This document shows, one piece after another, positions 38,196 through 51,345 of a stretch of 64,000 bases of DNA. A program made the position numbers and the translations under genes. A model generated the notes under the pieces. The model made no database searches and was not told where the DNA came from. It saw only the letters and a list, made by a program, of their open reading frames with translations. Source of the DNA: Octopus sinensis (Eukaryota); contig NC_042997.1 in assembly GCF_006345805.1 (NCBI RefSeq), forward strand, positions 39,556,001 to 39,620,000, read 5' to 3'. Each line of letters starts with the position of its first letter. The first letter of the stretch is position 1.

Positions 38196-39364
38196 AATTT
38201 AACTCATGAAGGAGTAAAGTAAATGTTGGCCGCATGTTCAAGAAAAGACTTAATGACGTTTCCCTACTTCTCTTTGCTATTACTCCTGACCCAACAAAGG
38301 AGGAACTGGATGTTCCTAGAAACTTTTTTATGCTGATGGCAATGTTATCCTTGCAGAATTTTTTGATGAAATGCAGAGAAATTTCTAAACTTAAAAAAAT
38401 ATTTTAGAACACAAAGGAAATATTGGCCGACATAACAAAAAAAAAACCCAAAACTAATTAATAACAAAGAATCTTGTGAATTGACCTTTGTCCATAGTAA
38501 ATATCCAGTGTGCTCTGTGAAAGCAAAAGGTATACAAAAAGTAGAGTAGGATTTCAAGAAGACTGATATGGAACTTGGACTTTGGACGCGGAAGAGTAAG
38601 TTAGTTGTAAGGGGATGAATAAAATGATGATTGGGAACCACTTAAAATGGCTGGTTAGAAGTAGTTGATAGTTTCTGTTACCTTGGTGACCTATTCAATA
38701 TTGTTAATGGTTGTGGTGAAAATATAGAATCAAGAATGGAAGAGTGCTTTGGCATTGTCATTTCTTTAAATAGCAAAGTGTTACTCTCTATTTGTAAAAT
38801 GCATTTGCAGATAGTGTGTTGATAATGATACATGCAAAGGGCCTGTGGAAGCAAGAGAGTGATGAATAAAATATGATCCATTGAATGTAAAATGTAACTT
38901 GCATGAGAAGCAGATCAGAAGTTTTATTAAGAGAGAAAATGGAGGTGTTACCAAGAGATCATCCGGAGGCATTGTTCAATGTATGCAATAGAAATGACTT
39001 CTCTGGTAGGAATGTGTCAAAATATTGGGCATGTCAGACGAGAAATTGCAGCGCATTAATTATGGAAGTATTTCATAGAAGATAAAGAGCAAGTAATACA
39101 TTACTTTTAATTACTCCTCAGGGCATGATGAATTATTAATGACCAGAAATTTAAGAGTCACTTCGATTAAATTTACCTTTTCCTAACAGAAATTTACTTT
39201 ATACCTAGCAATATGGAATCAATATTTTAGGCCTGGTTCTACAGGCAAAGATGATGTATATTTTCTTTTATCAAATGCTGATGCTAAGTACAGAAGGGAG
39301 CAGCTACACAATCATTCAACCTGTTAGAAATAGCAACCACATACCCCTTAAAATACAAAGGACA

Positions 39365-39700
39365 GTTGGACGGTTCAACTGGGGTCTGGGAAGCCCGAAG
39401 GCTGCACCAGGCCAGTCAGATCTGGCAGTGTTTCTACAGCTGGATGCCCTTCCTAACGCCAACCACTCCGAGAGTGTAGAGGGTGTTTTTTTTTCTTTTT
39501 TTTTTTGTCAGTGGCACATAAAAAGCACCAACTACACTCACAGAGTGGTTGGCGTTAGGAAGGGCATCCAGCTGTAGAAACACTGCCAGATCTGACTGGA
39601 GCCTGATGCAGCCTTCGGGCTTCCCAGACCCCAGTTGAACCGTCCAACCCATGCTAGCATGGAAAGCGGACGTTAAACGACGACGACAACGATGACGACG
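39365..39700. mobile_element. RTE 3' end with an inverted duplicate of itself
   Basis: 39365-39490 is the reverse complement of ~39520-39647; only the right arm carries a tail. Confidence 0.9.
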
Positions 39701-40199
39701 ATCTCTGAACATAGATTTGTTTGATCAGGTCTGACATGAAATTAAACAACAATAGGTAAGAAATTAGAACTCAACAACTGAAGACACTCATGTGTAGATA
39801 TAAACTTTATGCTTTATAACAATCTTAGTATCTGACACATTTTAAAGATTTTTTTTTTTACAAAATAACATTGCATAAAATATAGTTAATTGATTCCGCA
39901 AATGGTACAGACGATTGGCAGAACCATAAGTGTCAGACTTGTGATAACAGCTCCATTTCTTTGTCTTCATCACTATCATCATCATCATCACCATCATTTA
40001 ACATCCATCTTCCATCCTGGCATTGGTTGGACATTCTGAGTTCATATCCTGCTGGGGCTCACCTTTGCCTGTCATCTTTCTGGGGGCTATAAACAATTAA
40101 TGTGTGTATTTCCATCCAGCCATGCCCAGTGATTGCCAATTTTAACTCCCTATTTCTTTAAGGGTTTTGGCATGAAATTGGTTGCAAACATTGATTAGC

Positions 40200-40449
40200 T
40201 GTCACAGGGCTTGGCCCCCGTGCCAGTGGCACGTAAAAAGCACCATCCGACCGTGGCCGTTTGCCAGCCCCATCTGGCAACTGTGCCGGTGGCACGTAAA
40301 AAGCACCCACTACATTCACGAAGTGGTTGGCGTTAGGAAGGGCATCCAGCTGTAGAAACATTGCCAGATCAGACTGGGCCTGGTGCAGCCTTCCCAGACC
40401 CCAATGCTTGCATGGAAAGCAAACGCTAAATGATGATGATGATGATGAT
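40200..40449 (+). mobile_element. RTE 3' end with two array units
   Basis: Two GTGCCRGTGGCACGTAAAAAGCACC motifs, the terminus and (GAT)n. Confidence 0.9.
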
Positions 40450-40560
40450 TAATATTATATTAACATTATATAAATAACAATAATAATATATTCACTCAAT
40501 GACCTATTGCATGAGAGTCTGCTTTTTTTCAGACTCAAGAAAACTTAAAGGATAATTATG

Positions 40561-40597
<37 letters not shown>

Positions 40598-40600
<3 letters not shown>

Positions 40601-41193
40601 CAGTACAGAGAACCTGTGGAAGAGGTAGACCCAAGAAGACTTGGAATGAGGTGGTGAAGCATGACCATCGAATGTTGAGCTCCAAGGATGTGATGAGAAG
40701 TGACTGAGACTTTTGGAGATATGCTGTGCTTGAGAAGACCCAGCAAGTCAAGTGAAGTCATTGTCATGGCCGATGCCAGTACCTCCTGATTGGCATCTGT
40801 GCCTGTGGCATGTAAAAAGTATCATTCGAGTGTGGTTGATGCGAGTGCTGGCTGACTGGGCCCTTGCCAGTGACACGTAAAAAGCACCATTCAAACATGG
40901 TTGTTGCCAGTGCCGCCTGACTGGCTCCTGTGCTGGTGGCACGTAAAAGGCACCATTCAAATGTGGTCAATGTTAGTACCACCTGACTGGCTCCCCCCCC
41001 CCCATACCAGTGGCATGTAAAAAGCATCCACTACAATCTTGGAGTCATTGTGTTAGGAAGGGCGTCCAGCTGTAGAAACTTTGCCAGACCAGATTGGAGC
41101 CTGGTGCAGCCTTCTGGCTTGCCAGCCCTCAGTCAAACGGTCCAACCCATGCCAACATAGAAAGCGTTAAACAATGACGATGATGATGATGAT
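40598..41193 (+). mobile_element. RTE 3' fragment: ORF end, four array units and tail
   Basis: TCGRGRPKKTWNEVVKHD..FWRYAVLEKTQQVK*, then four ~65-70-bp units, the terminus and (GAT)n. Confidence 0.92.
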
Positions 41194-41586
41194 ATATATA
41201 TATATATATATTTATATACATTCCTTATTATTTCATTCTTTTACTTGTTTCAGTCACTTGACTGTGGCCATGCTGGAGCACTGCCTTTAGTCGAGCAAAT
41301 CGGCCCCAGGACTTATTCTTTGTGGGCCTAGTACTTATTCTATCGGTCTCTTTTGCCAAACCACTAAGTTATGGGGGCATAAACACTCCAGCATTGATTC
41401 TCAAGTGATGTTCGGGGGACAAAAACAAACATGCAAACATATACACATAGATACATACATACAAACATACATACAAACATACATACATACATACATACAT
41501 ACATACATACATACATACATGCATACATATATGTATATATTTATAAATATATATTAGAAGGTTCAGAGATGATGTACAGCTATTAT

Positions 41587-41699
41587 ATATTAGAAGAAAT
41601 AAGGTACTCAGAAATCTGGATGGTTTATATTTATAGATTGATAAAAATCTATAAATATAAAACCATCCAGATTTCTGAGTACCTTATTTCTTCTAATAT
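41587..41699. repeat. Near-perfect palindrome (53-bp arms, 6-nt loop)
   Basis: ATATTAGAAGAAATAAGGTACTCAG.. and its reverse complement, with one indel. Confidence 0.95.
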
Positions 41700-42091
41700 C
41701 ATCATCATCCTCGTTTAACGTCCGTTTTCCATGCCCTCATGGATTGGACAGTTCGACAGGGGTCTGGGAAGCCAGGAGGCTGCACCAGGCTCCAATCTGA
41801 TCTGGCAGTGTTTCTACAGCTGGATGCCATTCCTAACGCCAACCACTCTGTGAGTGTAGTGGGTGCTTTTTATGTGCCAGGGGAGGCTGGCAACGGCCAC
41901 GATCGGTTAGTGCTTTTTATGTGCCACCGGCACGGAAGCCAGTCATAGTGGCGCTGGCATCAACGATGTACGGATGGTGCTTTTTACATGCCACCAGCAC
42001 AGGTGTCAGGGGAGGCTGGCAATGGCTATGATCGGTTGGTGGTTTTTACGTGTCACCGACATGGAAGCCAGTCATTGGCCACATATGGATG

Positions 42092-42092
<1 letters not shown>
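41700..42092 (-). mobile_element. RTE 3' end with ~4 array units
   Basis: Tail, terminus and repeated GTGCTTTTTAYRTGCCAC. Confidence 0.9.
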
Positions 42093-42137
<45 letters not shown>

Positions 42138-42215
42138 TAAATATTAGGGAATAAATCCAAATTTACAGGGAAAAAAATCAGATTTAGGATTAAATCCAAT
42201 TTTATAGTAAAATAT

Positions 42216-42380
42216 TATAAAATATTATTAGAGACAAAACCACTATTTTGCAAAACAAACAAGGAAAGACTTAATCAATACATAAAATTTAATTTGACTA
42301 TTTATTAAAATTTTATGTATTGATTAGTCTTTCCTTGTTTGTTTTGCAAAATAGTGGTTTTGTCTCTAATATATTTTATA
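42216..42380. repeat. Palindrome (~78-bp arms) in (TA)n
   Basis: TTAGAGACAAAACCACTATTTTGCAAAAC.. and its reverse complement. Confidence 0.94.
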
Positions 42381-42609
42381 TATATATATATATATACATA
42401 TATATAATATATACAATGGGCGTCTTTCAGTTTCTGTCAACCAAATCCATAAATCCACTCACAAGTCTTTGGTCAGCCTGACGCCATAGTAGAAGACACT
42501 TGGTGCCATGCAGTGGGACTGAAACTGGAACCATGTAGTTGGAAATCAAGCTACTTACCACACAGCCACTTCTGCACGTATGTATATATATACATATATA
42601 TATGCATGT

Positions 42610-42830
42610 AGCATCATTGTTTTTAACGTCCATGTTTCCATGTTTTGCAAGGGTCAGATGGAATCCTTTGAGGTAGATTTTCTACACCCAGATGCCCATC
42701 TGTTGCCAGCCCTTACTTGTTTCTAAGCAACATGATATTTCCCAGGTATGTTTTACATCGAAGATTGGAAGTGAACTACATTGTTTGTATGATGGTAATG
42801 CTTGTTTACAACCATCACATGATGTCAAGT

Positions 42831-42877
<47 letters not shown>

Positions 42878-43040
42878 ATACACTTATGATGGACTATGAT
42901 GGACTTCTTTCAAAGTCTATCTACCTAATCTATTCCCAAGGATTTTGTCAGCCTGGGGTTACCATAAAAGGCACTTACCCCAAGTGCCAAACAGTGGAAT
43001 TAAACCTGAGTCCATATGCTTGTGGAGCAAGCTTCTAAAC
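42610..43040 (-). mobile_element. Older SINE with family A head and RTE-like tail
   Basis: Same architecture as 15015-15640, in reverse orientation. Confidence 0.7.
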
Positions 43041-43058
43041 CACACAGCTACGTCTGTA

Positions 43059-43091
<33 letters not shown>

Positions 43092-43350
43092 AATTAATTA
43101 TATATAATATATATATATATATCCCATATATATATTATATATATTATATATATATATATAATATATATATATAGTATATATATATATATATTAGTATATA
43201 TATGTATGTGTGTGTGTATATGTATGTATATATATATATATATATATATACCATATATATATATATATTATATATATATATATATATATACATAGATATA
43301 TATCTATATTTATATATATATATATATATATACATAATATATATATTATA

Positions 43351-43386
<36 letters not shown>

Positions 43387-43421
43387 ATACCATATATATA
43401 TTATATTATATATATATATAA

Positions 43422-43457
<36 letters not shown>

Positions 43458-43511
43458 AGTATATATATATTATATATATATAGTATATATATGTATGTGT
43501 GTGTGTATATG

Positions 43512-43545
<34 letters not shown>

Positions 43546-43560
43546 TAGATAGATATGTAT
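43041..43560. repeat. Long degenerate (TA)n tract
   Basis: Direct reading. Confidence 0.97.
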
Positions 43561-43579
43561 CCTTTCTTAATTAGTTTAA

Positions 43580-43764
43580 CCATTTAGTATTTAAACCGGC
43601 CATATCCGGCCAAAATAGCTAATCTTTTTTTTGTTCAAACTGACCAGATCCAGGCTCTCACACCTATCCTACAATGTTATTCTACATTAAGTAATTACAC
43701 CATCAAGATCTTGAAGATATGAGATAATGCATGATTAATTCAAACCAATGGGAACACTAAAGGG
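43580..43764. mobile_element. Second TTAA-specific MITE family
   Basis: TTAA-CCATTTAGTATT ... AACACTAAAGGG-TTAA. Confidence 0.8.
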
Positions 43765-44324
43765 TTAATATGTAAAATATAATTATTGTGTAAATTAAAA
43801 AGAATCAACCATGCTCTTGTATACACACGCATACATAATTATCAATGTAAGACATAAACATCACCAACTGCAGTCAAACTTGATAATATATACATACATA
43901 CATAAATACATCATACATACATACATACATACATACATACATACATACATACATACGTACATACTTACACATACACACACATATGCACACTCACACACAT
44001 ACACACACACCACACACATATGCATATACATTAAAGTACAAATAAGGCAGTAGCCAATTGCTGGGGTTGCTCTCTCTCTCACTTTCTCAAAATAGTCCTC
44101 ATGAAAGGATTATGAGGGCCTTGTGCCCAAAGAAATTGAGGATGGTTGGGTGAGGATCTAGTAGCCTCTTCACGACTTGCATGCTACAAAAAAAACAAAA
44201 ACAAAAACAAAACTGCTCCAAAACACCAGAGATAGTAAGCATGGATAAGCCGATGTGCTGTTTAGCATGAAATGGTTTCAAAGCACACATGCTAACCATA
44301 TACAGATAATAAAGATACATATGC

Positions 44325-44361
<37 letters not shown>

Positions 44362-44362
<1 letters not shown>

Positions 44363-44558
44363 TTTATTTAAAAGCAGCAGAAATATAACAAAAGCTGTTA
44401 GTCAGAGTTTGTCTATCTATCAGAGTTGTTACTCTGAGTAACAGCTTTTGTTATATTATATTTCTGCTGCTGCTTATAAATAAAGCATATTACTCTACGT
44501 CTGGTATTTGAGTACTCTTTTTTCCACCTTGTTTCACATTTATTTGCTTACTCCGGTA
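44362..44558. repeat. Fold-back (44362-44485) plus unique extension, in (TA)n; probable Penelope-like pLTR remnant
   Basis: CTTTATTTA..GCAGCAGAAATATAACAAAAGCTGTTA inverted around a ~22-nt spacer; AATAAA in the right arm. Confidence 0.75.
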
Positions 44559-44563
44559 TATAT

Positions 44564-44609
<46 letters not shown>

Positions 44610-44955
44610 TATATATATGCATATATATGGAGCTGCCTTTGTGTTGCAGTATAAACAAATGTTATACTATTTATGCAATAACATTTATAGTTATATATAA
44701 ACTGAAATAGATAATTATTGCAAGTAGGAATGTTATCAAACGTATAGCGTATCCTTTTGTTTATGCTCATGTGATAGTGTGCATGTGTATGCATGCAAGT
44801 ATCCATACATGCATGCATATTTAAGTGTGCTGAAAAATATCTTATCAAGTTTAAGTGCAGTTGCTGTTGTTTTCTTTTCTGATATCGATGGTTGTGTATG
44901 TGTGTGTGTATGAGAGCATGCTTGTAATTATATTCAAATAATTAAGCTAATTAAG

Positions 44956-44989
<34 letters not shown>

Positions 44990-45022
44990 TTATTTATATA
45001 TATATATAATATATACATACAT

Positions 45023-45076
<54 letters not shown>

Positions 45077-45130
45077 GTTTAAATATTTGTTGTGCAAGAA
45101 TTTTTATGTGAAGTCGTGTGTTGAAACAGT

Positions 45131-45363
45131 TATTGTTATATTTCGGAATGGTCATATTGCGAGTTTAGCCAATAAAAACACACGCACTATATATTTGGTG
45201 TTATTTTGCTTCAGTGTTATTTATTTTTTACATTAATCTGGCCAAAATAAGATTAAGATTAATGTAAAAAATAAATAACACTGAAGCAAAATAACACCAA
45301 TATATAGTGCGTGTGTTTTTATTGGCTAAACTGGCAATATGACTTTTCCGAAATATAACAATA
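45131..45363. repeat. Palindrome (~109-bp arms, 16-nt loop) in (TA)n
   Basis: TATTGTTATATTTCGGAA..CATTAATCT and its reverse complement, with few differences. Confidence 0.95.
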
Positions 45364-45590
45364 TAATATATATATATATATATATATCTTTGTTTAATGT
45401 TGACTGTTGAAAAAATAATAATTGGTGCCATAATAAAAATGAATAATATTTAGATTTTGTTCTAACAGGGATTTTCAGGTGTATATTATGACTCTTTCTG
45501 AAGACCCTGTCATAACTTGCCTGAAGACTCTGTGCACCCACAAGCAAAACTGAAAGCAGCAGGAAACTTTCTGAACCAAAACAAAAATAT

Positions 45591-45653
<63 letters not shown>

Positions 45654-46167
45654 GGTGTGTGTGTATGTGCATATGTGTGTATGTGTATGTTGCAATAAAC
45701 AACAAAAATGTGATGTTATACCACTATACACACATGCATGCATGTGCACATGTACACACATGTACATACACACACATTTCTTACACACATGTACATGCAC
45801 ACACACACACACACACACACACATTTTTTTTTTCATATTTCTATAAACAGAAAGATTTTGAAGAATATACGGAAAGTTAGATGTCAGAAATATCTTTTTT
45901 CTTCAAAAGGTTTACCTATAAAAAAAAAAACAACATACAAACCGTAATAAAAAGTTAATATTTCCATTGTAAATGTTAGTAATAGATACTTTCAACTTTT
46001 TAACCTACCTTCAAAAGACCTAAAGCTAGTTTCTTCATTTTTCTATGTTTTTTCTTCTTTGGATTAAATGAGTAAGTTCGGTTGATGTCAGTTGATTTTT
46101 ATTGTATTTGTAGTGACTTGATGGAAAAGTAACATATATATACGGTATATATATGGGTGTGTGTATG

Positions 46168-46267
<100 letters not shown>

Positions 46268-47484
46268 GTATGTATATATATATGTTATGAATATATATAA
46301 ATATGTATATGTATGTATATATGTAGGCAGAGATTACAATTTTAGAACACAAGGAAATTATAAGAGATGCTCATGCATATTCTGTAGACATGTGTCCAAG
46401 TTCCATTTTTTTTTCTTCTCTTTTTTCTTTTATATTCTTGATAAAAATGTAGTCTTTGAATCACTTCATTTCCACCAATATTTGCCAGTCTGGTAATTCC
46501 ATCCATCTACCTTTGATTGTGCTGTCACCTAGTTCGAAGTTTGTTTGTATTTTGACCAGTTGACAATTGCTGGGCAACAACAAAGGTAGCATTGATTGCA
46601 TTGTCTGACAGGCTCCACTTGATATGAAATTAAATTTAATGCTTTTCTTACATCATTTGAAATTCAGAGCTGTTTAATGCATTCTGTTATTTTCTTAGAA
46701 CTCAGAACCCTTTTTTTTTCAGTCCTCTCTCCTCCAGACCTATTACCAGTACTACTCTACAGAGAACTAAACTGGTTTGCTGCTGCTACTGTTTTGTTTT
46801 GTTTTACTCAATAGAGGAATATCAGGGAGACAGCTTCAAACACCAGAAGCAGATAGTACATCTGCTACTCATAGAGATGCTTTGCAAATCCTTACTGAAA
46901 ATTTACTGTGTGATGCAAAAATAAATAAATTCCAAAAGTAAACTTAAGAATACAGAGAGTAAGTGAGTGAGTGTGAGTGAGAGAGAGAGAGAGAGAAAGA
47001 GAGTGAGAGAGAAGAGGAAATAAAAAGAACATATATAATCTTTTATACTTTTTAACCAATTACTAACTCCACATTTTGGAAGCTTTTATTTTTATTTTTA
47101 TTATTTTGCTGGAGGTACCAGTTCTTGTTAAGTTTCTTTGCTAAGTTCTATGCTTCTATGATATCTACTGACCAGCCATAGATTCAAATTGCAATGTAAT
47201 ACTGTGGCAGCGTCTTAAGACTTGTATGATTCCATGTTGTGTAAGCCTAGTTTGGTTGGTAAGAGCTACTGATACTGCTATTAATGTTCTCATTATTTGT
47301 TGCTGCTGATAATGATGATAATAATGATGATAGCTGTGGTGATGGTGGTGGCGGTGGTGATGGTGGCAGTGGTGCTGATAGTGTCATAGTATTGTTACTG
47401 ATGTAGATATAAGTAGAAATTGTAGGCGTGTGCCTTTGTACGGTGTGTTCCTTTTTTCTCTCTCTGTTACTACCACTACTTCTA

Positions 47485-47529
47485 TTACCAAGGTTTAATA
47501 TTCTGGAAGTGAAAAATCTGCCTAAAAAC
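47485..47529 (-). CDS. Probable terminal coding exon of an unidentified host gene (VFRQIFHFQNIKPW*)
   Basis: Acceptor TTTTTTGCATTTCAG|G; in frame with the 39-bp exon; followed by ~1.1 kb without recognised transposons (UTR-like). Another phase gives a longer low-complexity ORF to 47247. Confidence 0.55.
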   Translation of the reverse strand, partial: VFRQIFHFQNIKPW

Positions 47530-48605
47530 CTGAAATGCAAAAAAGTGTATGTAAATACATTTATCTAGTTTCTTTTAAAATCTAATTAAATCTTGAATAG
47601 TCATTATGCACACGTATATACATGCATTTGATTGCATGTATGCAAGTGCATTGTGCTTTTATGTGAGCACACATGTTTATATTTGGCATAAAAACTAGTT
47701 TGTATTACTAATGTTGTACGCATATATAAACATTGTATTCAAATTTTATCACATTTTAAAATCTAATCTTTTCATATTTTTGTGAATTTACATTTTGAAT
47801 ATCTTGATAACATCTATTCGCTAATTGTGTCACTTGGTCTTTTTATATTTCTTAAAGAAAATTGATGAGGGGGGAAAAAGGAATAAGAACGAAAGAGAAG
47901 ATTAGGGGGTTAAAAAAGACCTTAATTATCAACAAAGAAGCTGTCTGTAAGGAGGCAATGACATGGCAGAAGGTAGGAGGAGATGTTTGAAGGGAAAGTG
48001 AGAGTAAGAGATGAAGGAATGTCATAAGTAAAAGTTAGTTGTGAAAGGCTATTTAGTGAGATGAAGTAGGAACTGCAGATAAGATGTAAGATGGTGAAGA
48101 GGTTGGGGAGAGGCTTATTTAGATTAGGTTCTTTGACTTGAGTTATCCTCCCCGTCCTCTTCTCTGATTTAATAACACCTGCTTTTCTAGCATTTTATAC
48201 TATGCTGTGGCCCCACCAAAAATACCATCTCGTATCAGAAACCAACACTCTGTTTTGCTTGGTTTACAGTCACAGAGGAACCAAGCAACTGATACAGAAT
48301 AAAAATAAACATTGGAGAAAAAAGAAGAAAAAGAAAAAAGGAAAATGAGGTCAGAGGTGATATTTAATGTCAACTTGCCTTGTTGCTGTAGAATTTTGCC
48401 TAAATTCATTATTTTCCTTCTTAAATATTTTATATTTTGCTACAAATAAAACCCAATTTACAAATCTAATTGTAGAAACCCTATCAGTAGGTGTTAGTGC
48501 TTATTTATGAATATTATTGCCACGTTTTTTTTTTTGTGAAAAATATGAGAGATTTATTAAAATTCTGTAAAGATAAATTGAGTTTTGGATTGTTTTGTAT
48601 TTCTT

Positions 48606-49020
48606 ACTCTCTTTCTCTTTTACTCTTTTACTTGTTTCAGTCATTTGACTGCGGCCATGCTGGAGCACCGCCTTTAATCGAGGAACTCGACCCCGGGACT
48701 TATTCTTTTGTAAGCCCAGGACTTATTCTATTGGTCTCTGTTGCCGAACCGCTAAGTAACGGGGACATAAAACACCAGCATCGGTTGTCAAACAATGCTA
48801 GGGGTACAAACACAGACACACAAACACACACATACATATATACATATACATATATATGACGGGCTTCTTTTCAGTTTCCGTCTACCAAATCCACTCACAA
48901 GGCTTTGGTCGGCCCGAGGCTATAGTAGAAGACACTTGCCCAAGGTGCCACGCAGTGGGACTGAACCCGGAACCATGTGGTTGGTAAACAAGCTACTTAC
49001 CACACAGCCACTCCTGCGCT
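48606..49020 (-). mobile_element. SINE-A, full length
   Basis: Reverse complement of the family consensus. Confidence 0.92.
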
Positions 49021-49727
49021 ATATCTACTTTTATTCAAACAGTGGCACCAACCATGAGTTTAGAAACATTGAACAGAGTTTTGAAGTTTCTATAATTTTT
49101 TTAATTCAAGTTATAAAGCAAACAAATGGTCTAAATCTGTTACTTAATCTACCATTAAATATTCTACAAAGAAAAAAAAAATGACACTTTATTAATTATA
49201 TATGTTCACATATATATCTTTTCCATGTGTTTTAATTGTTATCCCACATAAAATTTAAAGTGCCATATATTTGGCAAAATATATTCACAGCTCAATATCC
49301 AATGTTATATCCTTTTTTCTCAATGAGTTAACGACATTTGAGAGGCTTAGACTTAATTAAGCTCTTGCAACAAAATATGAAAATTCGTTCACAGGATTCT
49401 TTGATCACATTAAACAGATGGCTGAGATTCAATAGTTTCTGAGTTCTGACATCATGATCAGCTTTATTCTAAAATTTACCCATAGGATTAAAATCAGAGT
49501 ATTCAGCAGACCAGAACATTAGCTCAATTTTTTTATTTTAATGAATTTGCTTAACTAAATGTTTGGTGTGTATGGAGTTGTTAATATGCACCAGCATCCC
49601 TTTGAACAGCAGTCATTGAAGTAATGCAAAAGAACATCTCTCTAGGTGCTTTTGTATAATTCCTTATCAGTGGTGTCAGTGATACAATGAACAGGTCTTG
49701 AACTGTGAGTTAAGAAAACATCTAGAC

Positions 49728-50005
49728 CAGTGGTTCTCAGCAAGGATCCATATGATTTTTGGGGGTCCACGTAATAAAATAGTAAATTGGGGATCCACAA
49801 TGACCTTCTAAGGGTCCCAGCTAGGCTTCTTTTTCTAACATTATACATAGTTCAAACTACGGAAGTTAATTGAGTGAAAAACAAAACAGGAGTTTTGAAA
49901 GAAGTTTCTATAAAACTATTCTTTAAACGTCGAATGGGTATAGGGTCCACCAGAATAAATTAAAATCAAAGGAGTTCATAGATAGAAAATAGTTGAGAAC
50001 CCCTG
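49728..50005. mobile_element. hAT (Charlie-like) MITE
   Basis: TIR CAGTGGTTCTCAGC / GTTGAGAACCCCTG; flanks ATCTAGAC / TCTTAGAC resemble the NTCTAGAN target. Confidence 0.78.
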
Positions 50006-50657
50006 TCTTAGACCATAATGCTGCTCTGGAAACAATTGATATTCAATTCTTCACTTGGATGATATATACATTCTGCCATCATGTCCAGATTTTTTGAATT
50101 TGTATTCATTTACATAACTCTACTCAGCAGGAGTCTATCTAAACAATATAAATTGGAAGAGTTGTTCAACATAAAGCCACCTGCCTAACACACCTATTTT
50201 CTATTGTTTAAGGAAAATTTCTTTTCCATTTAAAAAAAAATTTTACCAGCCCTCAAACTCTCTGTTTCAGATATATAACCAGCAGAAACATATCCATTTT
50301 TGACATTCTGTTCCAACATATTTTTTTCTGAATTGAATGTATTGAACATCAGAGATTACAATTATGCAAGAAAAAATTCTGGTTCATGGTTATAATTAGG
50401 GTATTAAGGTCTGGGTTTATGGTTAGACTTAAAGTTAGGGTTTATGTTTAACTTTTAGGGTTAGGGAGTAGAGTTTAGGATTAGAGTTACATAGATAGGG
50501 AAAATAACTGAAAAAAGATGAACTTGTGAATTTCTTTTATTTCTCACATACATTCAAAACTTTTAGTGTTTAAAATGTAGAAATTGTTCCCAAAATTGTT
50601 GAAAAATTGAAATGTTAGAGGGGAATGTTTATTAAAAGTTAAACATAAACCCTAACT

Positions 50658-50838
50658 CAGCTGAGCGGAAAAGACCACCCGGAAGATCTCCACGACGGTG
50701 GAGTGACGATTTCAAGAGGACGATTGGGATCACATGGATGAGAAAGGCGCGATCCAGAGAGGAATGGACAGCGTGCTGTGACCAGCGGTGTCAAATGGAC
50801 GCCTGACGGACTGGTCAGTCAAGGTGATCAAAGTGATA
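50658..50838 (+). mobile_element. 3' end of a different RTE family
   Basis: RKRPPGRSPRRWSDDFKRTIGITWMRKARSREEW..* (stop at 50804-50806), short UTR and (CAARGTGAT)2 tail. Confidence 0.8.
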
Positions 50839-50850
50839 TATATTTATATA

Positions 50851-51069
50851 CAAGGGGGTGCTGTAAAGTTCCTAGCTTTAAAGGCATCATGAAAGGCCTG
50901 GTTGGAGGCCCAACCTTTCAAGGTTCTTTTACAGAGCTTACAAAAATTGAAGGATCGCTGCAATAAGTGTGTGAATCTATGAAGGGAGATATGTTGAATA
51001 AACTCATAATCAACTGATCCGCCTATTTCTTCTTTTACCCAAAGCCAGGAACTTTTCAGCACTCCCTCA
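50851..51069. mobile_element. Mariner-type MITE
   Basis: ~29-bp imperfect TIR (C/T)(A/G)AGGG(G/A)GTGCTG(T/A)AAAGTTCCT(A/G)GCTTT with TA TSD. Confidence 0.85.
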
Positions 51070-51092
51070 TATACATATACATCCACCCATCC

Positions 51093-51345
51093 ATCATCAT
51101 CATCATCATCACCATCATCATTGCTTAACGTCTGTTTTCATGCTGGTATGGGTTGGACAGTTTGACTAAGGTCTGGAAAGCCAGTGGCCGCACCAAGTTT
51201 ACAACCTGATCCGGCAAAGCTTCTACAGCTGGATGCCCTTCCTAATGTCAATCCCTCCAAGAGTGTAGTGGGTGCTTTCTACATGCCACTGGCACGAGGA
51301 CCAGTCAGATGATCCTGGCATCAATCATGTTCAGATAGTGCTTTC
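51093..51345 (-). mobile_element. Decayed RTE 3' end
   Basis: Tail, terminus and one to two array units. Confidence 0.85.

Larger units (their letters stand above)
41235..42576 (-). mobile_element. SINE-A whose internal microsatellite holds ~1 kb of nested insertions
   Basis: Tail at 41235-41430 and head at 42412-42576; inserts listed separately. Confidence 0.72.

Noticed and set aside
36850-39080. Purine-rich stretch as a gene or long decayed minus-strand LINE
   Set aside because: No continuous frame or diagnostic motif outside the RTE fragment at 37740-38195.
50395-50490. Interstitial telomeric repeat
   Set aside because: Only a few scattered TTAGGG units in degenerate sequence.
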